Assembly: GCA_040390725.1 (NCBI GenBank)
Contig: JAZJXT010000006.1
Location: 64,367-128,366, forward strand
Direction: 5' to 3'
Length of the DNA: 64,000 nt
Origin: Patescibacteria group bacterium
Lineage (GTDB): Bacteria; Patescibacteriota; Minisyncoccia; Phycocordibacterales; UBA9973
In this document: positions 9,941 through 18,974 of the stretch, in pieces
How positions within the stretch are numbered: position 1 is the stretch's first letter
Layout: the number at the start of each line of letters is the position of its first letter
The notes under the pieces: generated by a model
The model's database searches: none
Seen by the model: the letters and a program-made list of their open reading frames with translations, nothing else
What the model was told of the DNA's origin: nothing
Translations under genes and position numbers: made by a program

Positions 9941-11530
9941 TTACTTAACACTATAAGTAAACATCATACCGTCTTCCATATGTTCAGCTATATGGCAATG
10001 CGCCATCCAATTCCCCGCATTTGATGCATCCAGTAAAATATCCACGTACTGCCCTGCCGGCACCAATACTGTATCTTTCCAAGCTAAGTTTTTTTCTTCG
10101 ATTCCATTTTTATCAATTACGAGAAACCTATTGCCGTGAAAATGCATAGGGTGTTGCATCGGGTGCGTAATATTTCCATCGTTTGAAATACGAATTTTTA
10201 CTTTATCATCTTTTTTGAAAACCCAATTTATATCCATATTTTCTTTTTTAGTTTCTTGGTCAATAATTTTCCAAGAAAAAAAATCAGTTCCTGTGTCGGA
10301 CATCATATTCATCATCTTGCTGTCATTGTCCCATTCAATACCATTATCCAAACCCATTACCTCGCCCATAGTTTCATTTTGCATCATTGTACCATCCGGC
10401 ATTTTATGTTGCCCGCTACTCATCATGTTGCCCATCGCCCCCCTCAGCCCTGATGTAAGCTCCAAATATTTATCCGGTGTTTTATTAAAGTAAAGTCGAA
10501 AAGAATCGATGCTGGAAATTGTTTCTGGATGTGAGCGGAGTTTTAGAAAAGTTTCTGAATAAGATTTATCAACATTTTTATCTGACACAATAATTTTCCC
10601 AAGACTATATATATTGTTCGGAGTTTTATTTTGCAATTCATAAGTGCCAGATTTATCAAAAAGAACTTCTACTATAGCGCGCTCTGAAGGGCCGAGAATT
10701 ACAGAGTCCACCCACGTATCATTTTCATAAGCACCATTATCAGCACCAACGAGTTTCATTTTTACTCCATTGATGCCGATATTAAAAGGACGCGCAGTGG
10801 AAGAATTAATAATATAAAAACGAGCGACACTGCCTTTATCAACATTCAAAGAATAATTTTCTTCACCATTCACAAGCATTACATTTCCATATCTACCCAT
10901 CATTATATGATCGGAAGATTTTTTATTAAATGGAACCACGCCATTTTTATCCATCAAAATATCATTCACAAACAAAGGCGCTTCCATATTAACTGAATCC
11001 CAGTAATTTATATTAGCTGGCTCTACAATATATGCTCCATATTGCCCGAGCGGTTGCGCATAATCCTCGCGAAAGTGCGGATGATACCAATATATTCCAA
11101 CATCTGGGAATTTTATTTTATAAACAAAACTTTCACCAGGCTTTATCGCATCTTGGTCAATACCTATCACGCCATCGTATTTATCTTCGAGGCGCACTCC
11201 GTGCGAATGTAGCGCAGTGTCTACATCAGTATTATTTTTAAAATTTATTGTAATCTCCGAACCTTGGGAAACTTTTATCGTCGGCCCAGGTATCATGCCA
11301 TTATATGCGAGCATTTTTGTCTCTTTGCCATTTACTATTTTTTTAACAATCTCCGCAGTCATATCATAGGTATCGCCATTCTTTAGCTCGACTGTCTGAC
11401 TAACCTTTGTGTCCGATAAATCATCCACATCTAGAGAAAAATATTCACTTTTTTTGTGAAATCCAAAATACAATAAAACACTAACAGCAACAATAATCAA
11501 AACTATAATTATTTTAAAATTTTTCTGCAT
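9941..11530 (-). CDS. multicopper oxidase
   Basis: Four Cu-binding motifs: HSHG, WYHPHF, HPMHFHG, HCHIAEHMEDGMM; N-terminal signal/TM. Confidence 0.8.
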   Translation of the reverse strand: MQKNFKIIIVLIIVAVSVLLYFGFHKKSEYFSLDVDDLSDTKVSQTVELKNGDTYDMTAEIVKKIVNGKETKMLAYNGMIPGPTIKVSQGSEITINFKNNTDVDTALHSHGVRLEDKYDGVIGIDQDAIKPGESFVYKIKFPDVGIYWYHPHFREDYAQPLGQYGAYIVEPANINYWDSVNMEAPLFVNDILMDKNGVVPFNKKSSDHIMMGRYGNVMLVNGEENYSLNVDKGSVARFYIINSSTARPFNIGINGVKMKLVGADNGAYENDTWVDSVILGPSERAIVEVLFDKSGTYELQNKTPNNIYSLGKIIVSDKNVDKSYSETFLKLRSHPETISSIDSFRLYFNKTPDKYLELTSGLRGAMGNMMSSGQHKMPDGTMMQNETMGEVMGLDNGIEWDNDSKMMNMMSDTGTDFFSWKIIDQETKKENMDINWVFKKDDKVKIRISNDGNITHPMQHPMHFHGNRFLVIDKNGIEEKNLAWKDTVLVPAGQYVDILLDASNAGNWMAHCHIAEHMEDGMMFTYSVK

Positions 11531-11550
11531 ATTTTTATTATACTACTAAA

Positions 11551-13587
11551 TTATAATTTAGCTCGTCGCAATAATATAGCATTAAATGCCACAATAATTG
11601 TAGAAAAAGACATAAATACCGCAGCGAGGACTGGTTGGAGTATTATTCCTTTCGATGCCAAGACTCCAGCTGCAAGAGGAATAGCCACGACGTTGTACCC
11701 TGTCGCCCAGAAAAGATTTTGAATCATTTTATTGTAGGTCAAACGAGATAAATTAAATATTTTTGGAATATCGCGCAAATCACTTTTTACTAAAATTATT
11801 CCCGCAGATTCTATCGCTACATTTGTACCAGCACCTATCGCTATACCTATGTCCGCTTGGGTAAGGGCCGGAGCGTCATTGATACCATCGCCCACCATAG
11901 CGACTTTCAAGCCACGACTCTGTAAATCTATTATTTTTTTAACTTTATCTTCCGGTAAAACTCGAGCAAAATATTCATCGAGGCCAATCTCATTCGCCAC
12001 GCGTTTTGCTGTCTCCTCACTGTCTCCGGTAATCATCGCGACACGCATGCCAAAAGTTTTTAGTTTTGCAATTACTTCTTTTGATTCCAAACGAACAGCG
12101 TCGGCTACTGCAATTTCTCCAATTTTTTCACCATTTTTCTCAACAACAATTTCATCCCCGCCATGAGTGCCGACAAAAATTATTTCACCATTAACTTTTG
12201 CTTCTGCTCCCCGACCGGGTATTCTTTTAAAATCAGTAGATGGTTTGACTTGAAGCATACGAATTTTTGCTTCTTCAACTATTGCCTTGGCTATCGGATG
12301 CTCAGAATTAACATTCACGGAAGCCGCAAGTATAAGTGCATCATCTGAAATTGCTGACGTAACTTTAAATTTCGCTTCAGTTAGCGTGCCTGTTTTATCA
12401 AATAAAACTATATTTATATTTCGCGCTGATTCGAGAGCTCGACGTTCTTTTACTAGTAAACCATTCCGCGCGGCGAGAGTCGTGGAAATAGATGCAACCA
12501 GTGGTACTGCGAGCCCGAGCGCATGAGGACAAGTGATGACAAGAACTGCGACGAGCCTTTCTGTCGCTGTCACTATTCCCCCACCGACAAAAATCCAAAT
12601 AGAAAATGTTAAAGCTCCTGCCACAATCGCAATGATAGTTAAATAAAAAGCTGCTCTATCGGAAAGCATTTGCAATCGTGATTTTGACGCTTGCGCATTA
12701 GCGACGAGCTTCATCACACCAGCAAGGAAAGTATCCTCACCTATTTTTTCAATTTCCACTTTCAAACTTCCATCACCATTTATAGAACCGGCGATAACAA
12801 ATGCGCCTACAGATTTTTCAACGGGACGGGATTCACCAGTGATCACTGATTCATTTAATTCTGATTGTCCTTCAATAATTTTTCCGTCAGCCGGTATTTT
12901 TGAACCTGGTTTTATTAAAACAATATCGCCGATTTTTAATTCACTTAATGAAATAATTTCGGTTTTATCACCACGAATAACTTCTGCTTGATCCGGCAAA
13001 AGTTTTGCAAGTTCTCGCAATGCACCTTGAGCGCCCTGCACAGACTTCATTTCAATATGATGCCCTAGAAGCATAATGGCTATCAATGATGCGAGCTCAA
13101 ATAAAAGATCATGACCCGTGCCGAATAAAATAGAAAAGAAACTATAAACATATGCCGAGGTTACGGCTATTGCGATAAGGGTCATCATGCCCGGCAGTTT
13201 CGCCCGCAATTCGCGATACGCACTGGTTAAAAAAATTAAACCGCAATAAAAAAATACAATACTACCTAAAATTAAAAGTAAATATTGCGAGCCGTAAAAA
13301 ACAGGTGCCTTTATATGAAAAAGCATATATGCCATTTCAGAATAAAAAAAGATTGGCACAGTCAAAACTAACGCAACCCAAAACTTCGTCAAAAATGACG
13401 AAGTTTTATGACCTGCATGCTTATCAAAATCCTGATTTTTCTCGTGTTCCTTGTGTCCTAAATCATTTTTTTTCTTCATCGGGACAAGATTCATCCCGCA
13501 TTCAGGGCACATCCCCGGCTTGTCAGATACAACCCTCGGATGCATTGGGCACGTGTATATTATGTTGTTTATATTATTTTGCATCAT
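11551..13587 (-). CDS. copA: heavy-metal (copper) translocating P1B-type ATPase, CopB-like with CPH motif
   Basis: DKTGTLT phosphorylation site, TGD, GDGINDAP, transmembrane CPH motif (ITCPHALGLAVP); N-terminal Cys-rich zinc-ribbon-like CPMHPRVVSDKPGMCPECGMNL. Confidence 0.9.
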   Translation of the reverse strand: MMQNNINNIIYTCPMHPRVVSDKPGMCPECGMNLVPMKKKNDLGHKEHEKNQDFDKHAGHKTSSFLTKFWVALVLTVPIFFYSEMAYMLFHIKAPVFYGSQYLLLILGSIVFFYCGLIFLTSAYRELRAKLPGMMTLIAIAVTSAYVYSFFSILFGTGHDLLFELASLIAIMLLGHHIEMKSVQGAQGALRELAKLLPDQAEVIRGDKTEIISLSELKIGDIVLIKPGSKIPADGKIIEGQSELNESVITGESRPVEKSVGAFVIAGSINGDGSLKVEIEKIGEDTFLAGVMKLVANAQASKSRLQMLSDRAAFYLTIIAIVAGALTFSIWIFVGGGIVTATERLVAVLVITCPHALGLAVPLVASISTTLAARNGLLVKERRALESARNINIVLFDKTGTLTEAKFKVTSAISDDALILAASVNVNSEHPIAKAIVEEAKIRMLQVKPSTDFKRIPGRGAEAKVNGEIIFVGTHGGDEIVVEKNGEKIGEIAVADAVRLESKEVIAKLKTFGMRVAMITGDSEETAKRVANEIGLDEYFARVLPEDKVKKIIDLQSRGLKVAMVGDGINDAPALTQADIGIAIGAGTNVAIESAGIILVKSDLRDIPKIFNLSRLTYNKMIQNLFWATGYNVVAIPLAAGVLASKGIILQPVLAAVFMSFSTIIVAFNAILLRRAKL

Positions 13588-13804
13588 GAGAACAAGAATT
13601 CATTTCTTCTTTCTTGTGAATTATACCATCAATGAAAAATCCTATACTAATTATTCCTGTTGCTATTGCATCGTTGAATAAATGCGCCTGATCCATACCT
13701 AGCAATGTTCCCTTTGTACTTTGTGTAATCCATGCACCGATTACGGAAAGCGTTGATAAAAGTAATGCGATGCGAGCGATTGTTATAGCGAATTTTGATT
13801 TCAT
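13574..13804 (-). CDS. small membrane/secreted hypothetical protein in the copper operon
   Basis: 76 aa with hydrophobic N-terminus, between csoR and the ATPase; overlaps the ATPase start by 14 nt (operon-style coupling). Confidence 0.3.
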   Translation of the reverse strand: MKSKFAITIARIALLLSTLSVIGAWITQSTKGTLLGMDQAHLFNDAIATGIISIGFFIDGIIHKKEEMNSCSHDAK

Positions 13805-13867
13805 ATATTTTATTTAAATGTTAATAATTAATAATAGAGAAAAAATTATTTATAAATTATTTATAAA

Positions 13868-14134
13868 TTATTTGCGTTTCAAGCGGTAAACTTTTAATAT
13901 TTCCTCTTTGGCTTTATTTTCTTTACCTTTTTTAATCTGGTCCACAGCGCAACAACTAAGATGATTCTCCATTAAAGCGTCTTCCACTCCAGAAAGAGCT
14001 TGTTTGACTGCCGAAGTTTGAGTAATGACATCTATGCAATATTTGTCATTTTCGACCATTTCCCGAATACCTCGAACTTGCCCCTCAATAATCTTGAGCC
14101 GTCTTTCCAACTTATTTTTAATATCTTTTCTCAT
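13868..14134 (-). CDS. csoR: CsoR/RcnR-family metal-sensing transcriptional repressor
   Basis: LERRLKIIEGQVRGIREMVENDKYCIDVITQTSAVKQALSGVEDALMENHLSCC carries the CsoR C-H-C metal-ligand pattern. The ORF caller extends to 14179, but that extension would cover the operator palindrome, so the start is placed at the Met at 14134. Confidence 0.8.
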   Translation of the reverse strand: MRKDIKNKLERRLKIIEGQVRGIREMVENDKYCIDVITQTSAVKQALSGVEDALMENHLSCCAVDQIKKGKENKAKEEILKVYRLKRK

Positions 14135-14146
14135 AATGGATAGTAT

Positions 14147-14163
14147 ATACCCCCAGGGGGTAT
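14147..14163. promoter_or_regulatory. candidate CsoR operator (perfect GC-rich inverted repeat)
   Basis: ATACCCCCAGGGGGTAT, a 17-bp perfect palindrome 13 bp upstream of the csoR start; resembles known CsoR boxes (TACCC...GGGTA type). Confidence 0.6.
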
Positions 14164-14243
14164 CTGTCAAGTAAAACAATAATGTCTACTATCCTTACAT
14201 ATGTAGACTTAGTAGACAAAAGAAATAATAATGATTAGTAATT

Positions 14244-14648
14244 TTAATTCACAACCCCTACCCCTTTCATCATAGGATGAATCTTGCAGTGATAACTATA
14301 CGTACCGGAATTTGCAAAAGTAAAACTAAAGGATTCACCCGGAGCGAGTGTCGGTGAATTTAAAAGATTATCAGAATCAGATGTGACTGTGTGTGGAACT
14401 GAATCATTATTCGTCCAAGTAACCTTTATGCCAGCTTTCACTGAAAGAGTAGCTGGATTAAATGCAAAATTTTTCATGCTTACTGATGCTGTTTTTGACT
14501 CTGGAACATTATTACTGACATTATTTACAGGAACGTTACTTTCCGGTGCAGGTGCCAAGGCTTTATTTGCATTATTTTTAAAAGCTAAATCATAAATTAC
14601 AAAACCAATTACTACTATTACCAAAACTATAATTATTTTTTTAGTCAT
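14244..14648 (-). CDS. cupredoxin (plastocyanin/pseudoazurin-like blue copper protein), membrane anchored
   Basis: 134 aa; N-terminal TM; type-1 Cu ligand pattern ...PHTV...YSYHCKIHPMMKG (H...C..H..M). Confidence 0.75.
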   Translation of the reverse strand: MTKKIIIVLVIVVIGFVIYDLAFKNNANKALAPAPESNVPVNNVSNNVPESKTASVSMKNFAFNPATLSVKAGIKVTWTNNDSVPHTVTSDSDNLLNSPTLAPGESFSFTFANSGTYSYHCKIHPMMKGVGVVN

Positions 14649-14671
14649 AAAATTTTAAATTATTAATAATT

Positions 14672-15073
14672 TTACTCGACACGAGCTAAACGCTCTTTTA
14701 TTTTTTCCAAAATATCTTTTAGGCTCCATTGAGACTTTACTAAATAGTATGCGGGCTCGTCTGTAGTAATTTGTTTCATTATTTTTTCTTCATCTGGCGT
14801 CAAATTAGTAAGCAATATAATGGGTACTTTTTTCCCATAATCATTAGATGCACGCAATTTATGCATCATCTCCATCCCATCCATTTTTGGCATTAAAATA
14901 TCCAGCAAAATAAGATCCGGCTTTTTTTCTATAGCCATCGCTAAACCCTGCTCCCCATCCATAGCTTCCAAAGCAATAAAACCTTCGTGCAATAAATTGT
15001 CGCGCAATGCCTCTAGTAGTATATGGTCATCCTCCACTATCAAAATTGTTTTTTGTTTTATATCATCTTCCAT
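14672..15073 (-). CDS. response regulator, receiver domain only
   Basis: 133 aa; LIVEDDHILLEALRDNL, DLILLDILMPKMDGMEM (phospho-acceptor Asp), no output domain. Confidence 0.85.
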   Translation of the reverse strand: MEDDIKQKTILIVEDDHILLEALRDNLLHEGFIALEAMDGEQGLAMAIEKKPDLILLDILMPKMDGMEMMHKLRASNDYGKKVPIILLTNLTPDEEKIMKQITTDEPAYYLVKSQWSLKDILEKIKERLARVE

Positions 15074-15080
15074 AAATTTA

Positions 15081-16763
15081 TTATAACATAGGTATTTTTA
15101 AATAAAATGTCGACCCTTTGCCTTCCTCAGAATCAAATGTTATTTCTGCGCCTATTTTTTTTGAAAGCATAAAAGAAACGTAAAGACCTATACCCATTCC
15201 CTCAGGCTTCACTTTCCCAGCATTTGATGCTCGATAGAATTTATCAAAAACATGTTTTGCTTCTTCTTTTGGTATACCTATACCATTATCTTTTACAAAA
15301 AACACGGCTGCACCTTTTTCTGTTTTAAAATCCAACACAACCTCCTGATCAGCCGGTGAATAAAAAATTGAATTTGATAAAAAATTAGTCAGAATACTTT
15401 TTACCACCTCCAAATCAGTTTTGACTGTAATTTTTTTACCGAAAACTGCATTATTTTTTAAAACAATATCATTTTTCTTAGCTACAGCCTCCACTAACAA
15501 AATAAGATCATCGTAAAAATTTAAAACATCAACCTCTTCTTCTTTGATGTTTGCAGTTGTACTATCTAAGCGAGTCACATTTAAAAGACTAACAACAAGC
15601 TTGATCATTTTTTCATTAGTCAAACTAATATTTTCCACATAAGATTTTTGTTTTTCATTTAGAGGCCCGAGCATGCCGTCTTGCAAAGTTTCAACTAGCC
15701 ATTTAGTACCGGAAAGCGGAGTGCGAAGCTCGTGTGAAGCCAATGATAAAAATTCCATCTGTGACTTTTTTAGCTCTTGTTCATATTTTAGTGATGCTTC
15801 GGAGGAGATCAGCCTTCTTGAAATATAAAAAGTAATAATGAGCAAAAGAGAAAATGCCACAAAAATAACACCGTAAACAACCAATATTGATTTGATAGTA
15901 TCTGCTTGCGCAACGAGAGACATGTTTGCCAAATTCCTTTTTATTTCAGAGATGCTAAAGATAGCCAAAAATACAAAAGGCGAAGCCAGAAGAAAAAAAA
16001 CAATAGCGCGAAGCGTCCCCTTTGGAGTAAATGAATAAAAAGGCTTTGAGGTTTCTGGAATTTTTTCAGAAATATTTTCCACATTTTTACTATTTTCTTT
16101 TTTAACATAAAAAGTAGCATAGAAAAATGGTAAGCCAAAAATACCAGCCGCAACTTTAAAAATAAAACCAAAAAGCATTGCTTGCGCTAATGCCGTGCCA
16201 GAAATAATGCCATAAAAAGCTATCGAAAAGAAAATTATACTATCAATGGCTTGACCTAATATGTTTGAAAAAATATCTCTTTGCCAAAGAGGAAGTTTTT
16301 CAGACTTTTGTGCCAACCGGCCATAAAACCAAATGTTAAACTTTTGAGCAAAAAAGTAAGCCGAGATGCTAGCTAGGAAAATTCTCGGGGCAAAAGTAAA
16401 AAGAGTATTAAGGGCTTGATTAACAGTAGCTGATGCCGACGAACCTATAAACTGCACAGTCAGCTGGCCCATCAATACGAAAAATACCGTAGCACCGAGT
16501 CCAACCCAAAAACTTTTCCTTCCCTCTTTTTCGCCATAATGCTCTATCAAGATATGCGCAGCTAAAAATACCGCAGCATAAAAAATATTACCCACGTTTG
16601 TGGTAATACCAAAAACAGAAACAAGCTTGGCGCCAAATACGCTTATCAAAATCAAGTTAATAGCAATAGAAGCATGGAGCCAACGCTTGCCTAAATTGAA
16701 ACAAATAAAAACGAAGCCAAAAGTAAGCAGGGCGGTAATCACAAAAATAAGCTCATTTATCAT
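15081..16763 (-). CDS. sensor histidine kinase with large polytopic N-terminal membrane domain
   Basis: H-box SLASHELRTPLSG, HATPase N/G boxes (VKDNGIGIP, GMGIGLYV); about 330 aa of N-terminal TM helices. Confidence 0.85.
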   Translation of the reverse strand: MINELIFVITALLTFGFVFICFNLGKRWLHASIAINLILISVFGAKLVSVFGITTNVGNIFYAAVFLAAHILIEHYGEKEGRKSFWVGLGATVFFVLMGQLTVQFIGSSASATVNQALNTLFTFAPRIFLASISAYFFAQKFNIWFYGRLAQKSEKLPLWQRDIFSNILGQAIDSIIFFSIAFYGIISGTALAQAMLFGFIFKVAAGIFGLPFFYATFYVKKENSKNVENISEKIPETSKPFYSFTPKGTLRAIVFFLLASPFVFLAIFSISEIKRNLANMSLVAQADTIKSILVVYGVIFVAFSLLLIITFYISRRLISSEASLKYEQELKKSQMEFLSLASHELRTPLSGTKWLVETLQDGMLGPLNEKQKSYVENISLTNEKMIKLVVSLLNVTRLDSTTANIKEEEVDVLNFYDDLILLVEAVAKKNDIVLKNNAVFGKKITVKTDLEVVKSILTNFLSNSIFYSPADQEVVLDFKTEKGAAVFFVKDNGIGIPKEEAKHVFDKFYRASNAGKVKPEGMGIGLYVSFMLSKKIGAEITFDSEEGKGSTFYLKIPML

Positions 16764-16943
16764 AAACTAATTATAGCAAATTTTAAGAAAAGACTATATT
16801 TTTTAAATTGGGGTCGCTTACTGGTCAAGTTCAGAACTGTTAATTGGTATAGTATATCACAAGACCTTCAGCTTAGTGGAATAAAAAACCTTGGAATATA
16901 CAAAAATAACTTAACCTATAAGTAACGCCCCCCCCCACCACCA

Positions 16944-18092
16944 CTATATTTGGGATATTTTATTTTCATAATGATAAATATCAACATCATACTTTCGTTT
17001 CTTAATAGTCTCATCCAAGCCTTTTGCTGTAGGATACAATAATCCACTAACATTTAAATATGGCGATATGTGCTCATTCATTACCCAACCTTTATTTCTA
17101 ATTCTTTTTAATTTTTTGGGCTGTAATTCGTGTACCATACCAATAAACCCCGCTACAAGTTCTGCATAGGCAGACATATGTTTTACCTCACCAAAGGATA
17201 TTAAATCCTTATTTGGAAGAAAAGTGTCAGTAGAATACTGACTTAAGTCTAAATCATTCAATATAGAAATATCACAACATATATTGGCACGGTATTTACT
17301 TTTTTCACTATATGATTTTGTAGCTACTCTTAACTGATGTCTTATTTGGCATTTTTTACCATCTTTTTCACAAATCACATAACTATATTTATTAGGTGCA
17401 CCTTTTGTTGTAAACTTCAGCTTAAAAATTTTCTTTTTCTTAAAAACTGGGCTAATGATTTGAATTACCCATCCTTTCTTTTCGTACCATTTTATAGTGG
17501 AAGCAAAAGTATAAGCTTCAAATACTTGATTAACTATATTCCCAAAAGAATTTAAGCGAGGTTTTTCACTTTCAAAAAACTTTCTTAGTTTTAATTTTGC
17601 TTCGGCTTGGTCAAATAAATAATTATATAAGCGTTCATCATTTCTTACTTCCTTATAATGGTCAATAATTTGAGAAAAATATTTAGTATTTGATAGTAAG
17701 GCTTTTACATCATCACTAAGTAAATGTAATAATTTTTCAGCAAGTTTATCTCCCAGAACAACATTTTTATTTCTCCCTGAAAATTCTGTTTTCCCTAACC
17801 TAAATTTATCAATATTAAGTTCTTTTAGAATATCTACTGTGTCCTTAGTGGCACTAGCCCCATCTGCTAACATTTTTCTTGTATAAAACAAAAAACATAA
17901 TACAGTAGCTTCTTCCGCTATAGTTTTCATCCTAGCAATCTTCTCTTTCTTCTCTTTTGAGCTATCAATTTTATTTAAAATCCTATTTATATACTCTGAA
18001 GGAAATAAATTTTGCCATACATACGAATACAAAGAACTATATCTCATAGATATATATCTGGGTGCACTTTTTATTACATCAGAAATATTCAT
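16944..18092 (-). CDS. hypothetical protein, possible PD-(D/E)xK-like nuclease C-terminal region
   Basis: 382 aa; C-terminal CCDISILNDLD...SFGEVKHMSAYAELVAGFIG resembles a D...E-x-K nuclease core; weak and by eye only. Confidence 0.4.
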   Translation of the reverse strand: MNISDVIKSAPRYISMRYSSLYSYVWQNLFPSEYINRILNKIDSSKEKKEKIARMKTIAEEATVLCFLFYTRKMLADGASATKDTVDILKELNIDKFRLGKTEFSGRNKNVVLGDKLAEKLLHLLSDDVKALLSNTKYFSQIIDHYKEVRNDERLYNYLFDQAEAKLKLRKFFESEKPRLNSFGNIVNQVFEAYTFASTIKWYEKKGWVIQIISPVFKKKKIFKLKFTTKGAPNKYSYVICEKDGKKCQIRHQLRVATKSYSEKSKYRANICCDISILNDLDLSQYSTDTFLPNKDLISFGEVKHMSAYAELVAGFIGMVHELQPKKLKRIRNKGWVMNEHISPYLNVSGLLYPTAKGLDETIKKRKYDVDIYHYENKISQI

Positions 18093-18107
18093 ATAAGTGA
18101 TAAATTT

Positions 18108-18974
18108 TTAAGCCCTTGGTGTTGTATGCCACATACTTTGTAATATTGGGTAACTTATTTTTACTTCTGCAACAAGTTTTTCATATTCTGATTGGAACTC
18201 ACCAACAAATACCTTTGTATTACAAAGCTCTACCATAAGCTGTGCCATTATGTACATAAACTGAACTATCCAAAAAACCTCATTGTTCGTAGCACCACTC
18301 ATTTGATTTGTAAAACTTGGATGTGTGTAATTTGAATGTGACCTGTAATATTTATTATAAAAAGTCGATGGGCTATCTTTTTTCCAAAGTGCCAAAGTTT
18401 TTGATGATTGTATCGTAAAATATGGTTGATTAAAGATTTGTTCGAATCTCGGAAATGAAAAACCGTTCCTTTCTAGAAAACCATTAGAAAAAGAATTTAT
18501 ATCAGAAGGAAATGAAATATCCTCAGAAGAAAGTACGCCTCCCATAAGTTTTAAAAATCTGTCATATTCGTCTTTTAACTCAGTGCTCTCTATTGCAACG
18601 AAACGGAACATGTCGCTAAAATATAAAAGGTATTTACCTATAAAAATACCTAATTGGGTCTTTTCATCTTGATTAACTAAATAGAGTAATTCACCATAAT
18701 TTTCCAAAAGAATCCTTGTAAGCGGTATATAAAATTGAAAGTTCTTTAAATCTTCTTCTGCTTCAACTTTTTTAATTAAAAATTCATATTGTTGCCAAAA
18801 ATTCTTTAAATACAAATAAATAGCCTCGTTTTTTAAAAACTGCTTTTGTTCGTCTAGGGTTGAAAGGTTTTCAAATTTTATTAAAAACCTTTCTTCAATT
18901 TTAGTAACTATTTTTTGACCAATAGATAAAGAAAATTTTAAAGCAACTAATTGTTCTTTTATTTGAATAACCAT
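18108..18974 (-). CDS. hypothetical protein, co-oriented partner of the 16944-18092 gene
   Basis: 288 aa; 15-bp spacing to the downstream gene suggests an operon; no recognisable family. Confidence 0.4.
   Translation of the reverse strand: MVIQIKEQLVALKFSLSIGQKIVTKIEERFLIKFENLSTLDEQKQFLKNEAIYLYLKNFWQQYEFLIKKVEAEEDLKNFQFYIPLTRILLENYGELLYLVNQDEKTQLGIFIGKYLLYFSDMFRFVAIESTELKDEYDRFLKLMGGVLSSEDISFPSDINSFSNGFLERNGFSFPRFEQIFNQPYFTIQSSKTLALWKKDSPSTFYNKYYRSHSNYTHPSFTNQMSGATNNEVFWIVQFMYIMAQLMVELCNTKVFVGEFQSEYEKLVAEVKISYPILQSMWHTTPRA

Noticed and set aside
13305-13681. Plus-strand ORFs (94 and 76 aa) at the copA start region
   Set aside because: Antisense to the copA N-terminus and the small operon gene; no coding support.
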